41,603 bases of DNA from Octopus bimaculoides (Eukaryota). The DNA is taken from the NCBI RefSeq assembly GCF_001194135.2, contig NC_068986.1:95354426-95396028 (forward strand), in the 5' to 3' direction. The position numbers and the translations under genes are program-made. This document shows positions 35,716-41,603 of this stretch, piece by piece. The notes beneath the pieces were generated by a model, which saw only the letters and a program-made list of their open reading frames with translations, was not told the origin of the DNA and searched no databases. Positions within the stretch are counted from its first letter, which is position 1; each line of letters begins with the position of its first letter.

Positions 35716-38164
35716 CAGCATTTTCTAACCTGGGGCTATAATAAATTTCAGTAGAGCCATAGAAAAATCTGGGAATTGGGAAATAGCTCACGCTCAATGA
35801 AGAGGGCGATCAAGCTCAATGAAGAGGGCGATCAAGTTCAATGACGAGGCCACACAACTACTACCCTGTTTCTTCCTAAAAATTTCTATTACTGACAACT
35901 CTTTAAAATCTATACGAAAAACATACATAGTCATACACATTCGCATAATAAATTTTCTGTTAAATTTTGTCGTGACAGGAAACAAAAACGGTTCATTTGA
36001 CACGGCAATAATAATTTATCATTGATGAATAAAGCATCAATTTGGTATTGGGAAAGTCATATATGAATTAAGTATTATGTTACTGCTTTGAAGTTCATAA
36101 ATCTGGTGACAATCTCTAAATGTAATTGCCTGAATCGCTTCGCTGTAATGTTTCTGAATGGTAAGCAGCTTGGAGACGAAATCCTAGCTGCCAAAGGTGG
36201 CAGATTCTACTTTTCTGATATATTTTGAGAAGCTCGAATTGCTGAACAGCTAGAAAGGTAAAATGAAGTTTTAATTTCGCAAAGAACCAACTAATGCCTT
36301 CATTGGAAAATTTAATTTATACGAGATAACTACTAGGTGCGAAGGGTTGGTGTATTTCCCAATCTTTGCCTTTATTGAGGAAGAACTGCGAGAGGATTAT
36401 ATTTTAGTGTACATTGAGCGTTTGAAGAAGTTGCACAATGGTATGGAAATTCCAATTTTAACTAACCGTTCAGTTATTCAATCTTTGATAGATCTTCGAA
36501 AAATCGTAGGAATATTGCCCAGAGATGTAGGTTTGCTTTGTTGACCTCGGAAAGAAATAAACCGCGTGGTACCAAATTTGTGTGAAGTATTTTGCAGGAG
36601 TTTTGGATTAAAGTGGCAACTTCTGGTGTCCGTGAAGTCCCTATACGAATGCCCGGGTAAATGGTGCAAAGTAGAAAATTTTCGATGTGGATGTTGGATT
36701 TCGGCAAGGGTGTGTATTGTCAAGTTTCTTTTTCATAATTTTTATGAATTGAATTGACATGCGCAGCCGTTGCGGAAGTGGTATCATGATCAGTGAGTGT
36801 AGAATCGGTCGACAGATATTTGCAGGGGATCTCCTGCATGCACTGAATGGGCTCGCTGCCGAGTGCCGCAAGAGTTTCAAAAACTAAAACATTGGTTCCT
36901 GCAGATATATTTGCATGGCTACTCACATCTAGTATGGAAAAAGAAATGGGCGTCCTAGGGGAAGATCAAGTGCGTGATGATTGAATAATATCCATGGTCT
37001 CAGTTGATCACGCTTGGGAATCCAGCCGAAAAGTCTAATGATAAATGCTTCCCAAGGACCCTATAGAGAAGGTACCTGAATACTTTACCCCCACTACCCT
37101 CTCTCAAGAATAGTGAGTGGAGTGGATGGATGGATGGATGGATGGATGGATGGATGGATGGACGTGGAAATTAAGGTCAAAAATCTCTGAACATTCCAAG
37201 TTGGTTGGTAGACCCACTTGGGACAAATGAAGCAGACTACACGAAAGCCTTATTGTGTTGCCGAGTGATTAAACTCCTCAAGCTAAATTAAACTATGGGC
37301 TCAATAACTTATGGGCAAGTAGCGAAATGAGTTACTATCAAATTCCCGTTGCTTTGGCAAGAAGTAAAACTATATTTCATTGTCTTTCCTAATTCTTACC
37401 TAGTTCAGTCAGGTTTTAACCGAGTGTGTTTTCTGCAATCAAAATTCGCAATCGTTCAGAAATTGTAAGCAAAGTTTATCTCTAACAACAATGGATCATG
37501 GTATTGAAAAACTTGCAAAACTGCATGAGCCTCAAGAACTAAATACAGTAAAAAGATAACATGCTATATTTTTATTTTGTTAAAGAATTATAATTTTCTG
37601 TTCAAAAAGTAGTGAATTTTTAGAAATTATCAATTTTCTGTGTGTGTGTGTGTATGTGTGTGTGTGTATGCGTGTGTTATAAGAAAAATGATAGACGATT
37701 ATAAATGGTTGTTTTATTAAACCTGCAAAATATTGTTGTTTTTGTGAAATAAAATAAGAGAGAATAAATATGTGAGTAATATGCTCTGGTGTTCCGTTAA
37801 TGATAAAAGACAGATCGCCTTTGAAGAAAATATTTTTTCGAGAGTTCATTCGTTATAAATTTTTGCTAAAAGTTTTCATTACAAACTATCAGTTTTTAAA
37901 TACTGATAGAAAAAAATTTCATGATAATAAAACTAATTTTTAAAATTAATATTTAAAAATTAGTTTAGATTTAATAAATTTTATAGATTTAATTTTTTTA
38001 TTGAAGGTTTTTAATTTTTTCAAAAGTGATTGTTTCTACTATAAACAATTTACAATTTATGACAAAATTCAAGTACCTTTTCGATAATAATGTCTGCAGG
38101 GCCACAGAAAAATTAAAAGTTCCACGAGGGGCCGTGAACCAAAAAAAAAAGTTTGGAAATACTG
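35716..38164 (+). mobile_element. hAT transposon, Buster/Charlie type (ZBED5/SCAND3-like transposase), internally deleted and interrupted by an RTE LINE
   Basis: Left TIR cagcattttctaacc (35716) and right TIR agtttggaaatactg (to 38164). 8-bp TSD atataaat/atatagat with the central TA typical of Busters. Transposase pieces: YFSDIF-EKLELLN...NAFIGKFNLYE...FP...YIERLKKLHNGMEI (36200-36451) and IPSWLVDP...KFPLLWQEVKLYFIVFPNSYLVQSGFNRV...GIEKLAKLHEPQ (37165-37545). Confidence 0.85.
36452..37164 (+). mobile_element. RTE-clade LINE, 5'-truncated and internally deleted, with (GATG)n tail
   Basis: CFVDLGKK..RV...QLLVSVKSLYE..RVNG...GFRQGCVLS..FIIFMN...RQIFAGDL (decayed LFADD), then GKRNGRPRGR...LNNIHGLS*SRLGIQP and a (ggat)n tail at 37123-37162. 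tggaaatt is duplicated at 36444-36451 and 37165-37172. Confidence 0.88.
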
Positions 38165-38237
38165 ATATAGATAGCATAATTTGTACTCAGCTTATCTAAA
38201 CAAAAGCAAAATCATAGAAATTATACATTAATAAAGG

Positions 38238-38300
<63 letters not shown>
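38238..38300. repeat. (GATA)n microsatellite
   Basis: Directly visible. Confidence 0.97.
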
Positions 38301-38334
38301 GTAGGTTGATGTGTATATATGTGAACATATATAG

Positions 38335-38500
38335 AGGCGCTGGCGTAGCTGGGTGGTAAGAAGCTTGCTTCCCAACCACATGGTTTGGGGTTCAGTCCTA
38401 CTGCGTGTCACCTTCGGTAAGTGTTTTCAAGTATAGCCTCGGGTCGACCAAAGCCTTGTGAGTGGATTTGGTAGACGGAAACTGAAAGAAGCCCGTTGTA
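38335..38500 (+). mobile_element. CORE-like SINE, well-preserved 5' half
   Basis: ggcgctggcgtagctgggtggtaagaagcttgcttcccaaccacatggtttggggttcagtcc...gccttgtgagtggatttggtagacggaaactgaaagaagcccg, then (TA)n and a gap. Confidence 0.9.
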
Positions 38501-38994
38501 CATATATATANNNNNNNNNNNNNNNNNNNNNNNNNNNNNNNNNNNNNNNNNNNNNNNNNNNNNNNNNNNNNNNNNNNNNNNNNNNNNNNNNNNNNNNNNN
38601 NNNNNNNNNNNNNNNNNNNNNNNNNNNNNNNNNNNNNNNNNNNNNNNNNNNNNNNNNNNNNNNNNNNNNNNNNNNNNNNNNNNNNNNNNNNNNNNNNNNN
38701 NNNNNNNNNNNNNNNNNNNNNNNNNNNNNNNNNNNNNNNNNNNNNNNNNNNNNNNNNNNNNNNNNNNNNNNNNNNNNNNNNNNNNNNNNNNNNNNNNNNN
38801 NNNNNNNNNNNNNNNNNNNNNNNNNNNNNNNNNNNNNNNNNNNNNNNNNNNNNNNNNNNNNNNNNNNNNNNNNNNNNNNNNNNNNNNNNNNNNNNNNNNN
38901 NNNNNNNNNNNNNNNNNNNNNNNNNNNNNNNNNNNNNNNNNNNNNNNNNNNNNNNNNNNNNNNNNNNNNNNNNNNNNNNNNNNNNNNNNNNNNN

Positions 38995-40245
38995 TCCAGG
39001 AAAGTTCCGGGATTTGAGCACGAAATGGGAATAAGTAAAGAAAGGAATCTTCTACATTCCATCCACATTCCATTCACATTCCTCACATTCCATTCACATT
39101 CCTAACATTCCATTCACATTCCATCCAAGTTCCGAGCAGAGGGGTAAATTACTTCCAGGAAAGTTCCGGGATTTGAGCACGAACGGGGGATAAGTAAAGG
39201 AAGGAATCTTCTACATTCCGTTCATATTCCTCACATTCCGTTCATATTCCTCACATTCCGTTCATATTCCTCACATTCCATACACATTCCATTCACATTC
39301 CTAACATTCCATTCACATTCCTCACATTCCATCCACATTCCATTCACATTCCTAACATTCTGTTCATATTCCTCACATTCCGTTCATATTCCTCACACTC
39401 CATCCACATTCCTCACATACCATCCACATATCATTCACATTCCTCACATTCCATCCACATTCCGTTCACATTCCTAACATTCCATTCACATTCCTCACAT
39501 TCCATTCACATTCCTCCAATCCTGGAAAGTCCGAGTAAGGGGTGAATTACTTCCTCGACAGTTCCCAGGAGGGGATGAATTACTTCCTGGAAAGATCCAT
39601 GTAGGGTGAATTACTTCCTGGAAAGTTCCGAAGAGGACTAAATTACTTTCTGGAAAGTTCCATCCACATTCCATTCACATTCCTCACATTCCATCCACAT
39701 TCCATTCACATTCCATGCAAAGTGAATTCCATCCAAAGTAAATTATCCCCTTCCTACGAACTTTCAAGGAGGTAAGTACCCCCTTCCTCCCCGAGGAAGA
39801 GGAGGGGGAATTACTTCCTAGAAAGTTCTGAGATAGTGGAGGAGGGGGATAAATTACTTCCTGGAAAGTTCCGAGTAGTGGGTGAATTACTACCTGGAAT
39901 GTCCCGAGTAGGGGGTGAATTGCGTCCAGGAAAGTTCCAGGATTTGAGCACGGAAGGGGAATAAGGGGAGGTAGGCATTTTCAACAATCCAGAGAGTGGT
40001 ATTTGAGAGATGAAGGGGAGGAAGGAATCTTCAACATTCCATTCACATTCCTTACATTCCATTCACACCCCATTCACATTCCATTGACATCCCATTCACA
40101 TTCCATTCACATTCCTCACATTTCCCTCACATTCCATTCACATTCTTCATATTCCATCTACATTCCACTCACATTCCCCACATTCCTTTCACATTCCTCA
40201 CATTTGTCACATTCCACACATTCCATTCACATTCCATTCACAATT
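38995..40245. repeat. Composite tandem repeat: (ACATTCC-type 7-13-mer)n tracts alternating with ~30-bp gggtgaattacttcctggaaagttccgagta units and a ~60-bp spacer
   Basis: ACATTCC tracts at ~39053-39125, 39212-39515, 39661-39715 and 40033-40240. The spacer tccaggaaagttccRggatttgagcacg recurs at 38995, 39154 and 39925. The 30-mers lie at 39520-39660 and 39800-39930. Confidence 0.92.
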
Positions 40246-40378
40246 TTTTTTTATTAAAACACAACCGGTACCCTAACTAAGGCATGTGTAAGATTTGAAT
40301 GAAATTGGTTGTGTAGTTCTGGAGTTTTAGGGATTCACACACACACACACACACACACATTCTCAATTTTATATATAT
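38995..40378 (-). mobile_element. Probable non-autonomous Helitron/Helentron-derived element carrying the composite satellite; other end hidden in gap 38511-38994
   Basis: 40262-40378 read on the minus strand is tatatataaaattgagaatg(tg)n aatccctaaaactccagaactacacaaccaatttcattcaaatcttacacatg. This resembles the microsatellite-containing termini of Lep1/DINE-1/HINE-type elements as I recall them. No Rep/helicase sequence is present. Confidence 0.55.
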
Positions 40379-40451
40379 GTGTGTGTGTGTGTACATACAT
40401 TTACATGTGTGTATGTATGTATGTATGTATGTATGTATGTATTCATATGTG

Positions 40452-40658
40452 TCTGTGTTTGTCCCTCCACCACCATCGCTTGACAACCGATGTTTGTGTG
40501 TTTACGTCCCCGTAACTTAACGGTTCAGCAAAAGAGCCCGATAGAATATTTACTAGGCTTACAATAAATAAGTCCTGGGATTTCTTCGATTAAAAGCTTT
40601 CAAAGTGGTGCTCCAGTATGGCCGCAGACAAATGACTCAAACAAGTAAAAGAATAAAA
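40452..40658 (+). mobile_element. 3' module and tail of the CORE-like SINE
   Basis: gtctgtgtttgtccctccaccaccatcgcttgacaaccgatg...gtttacgtccccgtaactt...gatagaat...ggtgctccagtatggccgcagacaaatgactcaaacaagtaaaag. Confidence 0.8.
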
Positions 40659-40695
40659 GAACATATGTATTTGTATGTATACATACATACATACA

Positions 40696-40995
40696 TGTTG
40701 TTGTTGTTGGCACTCTGTCGCTTACGACGTCGAGGGTTCCAGTTGATCCGACCAACGGAACAGCCTGCTCGTGAAATTAACGTGCAAGTAGCTGAGCACT
40801 CCACAGACACGTGTACCCTTAACGTAGTTCTCGTGGATATTCAGCGTGACAGTGTAACAAGGCTGACCTTTTGAATTACAGGCACAACAGAAACAGGAAA
40901 AAAGAGTGAGAGAAAGTTGTGGTGGAAGAGTACAGCAGGGTTCGCCACCATCCCCTGCCGGAGCCTCGTGGAGCTTTAGGTGTTTTCGCTCAATA
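40696..40995 (-). mobile_element. Retroelement 3' end with (AAC)n tail, sharing ~190 nt with the SINE at 9618-9857; cut by a gap
   Basis: aacggaacagcctgctcgtgaaattaacgtgcaagtagctgagcac is the reverse complement of gtgctcagccacttgcacgttaatttcacgagtaagctgttccgtt at 9771-9816. Confidence 0.75.
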
Positions 40996-41603
40996 NNNNN
41001 NNNNNNNNNNNNNNNNNNNNNNNNNNNNNNAAGGGAAAAAGTAAAGGGAAAAAGGAAATGAGAAAAAAGTAAGCATGACGGGAAAGGAGATAACAGTTGT
41101 GCTGTTTTAGCTCATCAGAATGGAAATTAACCATTGTTAATTCCCACTATGCTTTTTTTTTTCCTCTTCTTTTGCTGTTTACTTTTCGCTCTCGTTCTTT
41201 CTTGCTTTTCCTCGCGTTTTCTCAGAGCACAACTATGTTTTATTTTGACCTTGAAAGATTTCATGATGGTACACAGCACGCTATAAAAAGTCGCCCGATT
41301 ACTGTATTATTTGGGACATGAAACTTACAGCAACTCACATTTAAATCTCGTTTTTATTAAATAATTTATCTCCCACTCAACAGAGTACACTAAATGTGTG
41401 TGTGTGTGCGTGCGTGTCCGCATCGCTGCTGTTTAGATTGATTGTACTATCGGAACCGTAACACACATATTCAAGAAGATTCGGCTTCTAATAGAAAAAA
41501 AAAAACAGTTTATTTCTATATTTAATATATCTATTTTATCGCTCTCCTCGCACTCTTTCAATCTCTTTTACTCTATTTCCAATATTATATATATAAACAT
41601 ACA

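Noticed and set aside
38995-40245. Repeat-spacer appearance suggesting a CRISPR array, or human-type satellite II/III
   Set aside because: The spacers are themselves repeated, there are no cas genes and the context is eukaryotic. The CATTC similarity to human satellites is best explained as convergence of a short motif.

Overview
AT-rich animal genomic DNA with about 5.2 kb of N gaps (17 gaps), most of them next to microsatellites. The dense (TA)n/(TG)n/(TATG)n/(GATA)n/(CT)n arrays and the SINE families point to a coleoid cephalopod, most likely Octopus (inferred from memory of these repeats, not from a search). I recognise no host protein-coding gene, rRNA, true tRNA or CRISPR array, and nearly all long ORFs in the track are microsatellite or gap artefacts. 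Hand translation across frameshifts shows a layered set of mobile elements. These are a 5'-truncated R4/Dong-type RLE LINE inside (ACAT)n, three Penelope-like fragments (two head-to-head), a Buster-type hAT with TIRs and an 8-bp TSD interrupted by an RTE LINE, a Tc1/mariner end, many tRNA-derived SINEs (CORE-like and Deu/Nin-like), and a probable Helitron-derived element with a composite satellite rich in TEAD-like and STAT-like motifs. A ~290-bp foldback and several short candidate exons or microexons on both strands are also present. The exons are unverified. I found no convincing new biological system; the best leads are the Helitron-borne motif satellite, the microsatellite-associated R4/Dong insertion, the foldback and the microexon candidates.
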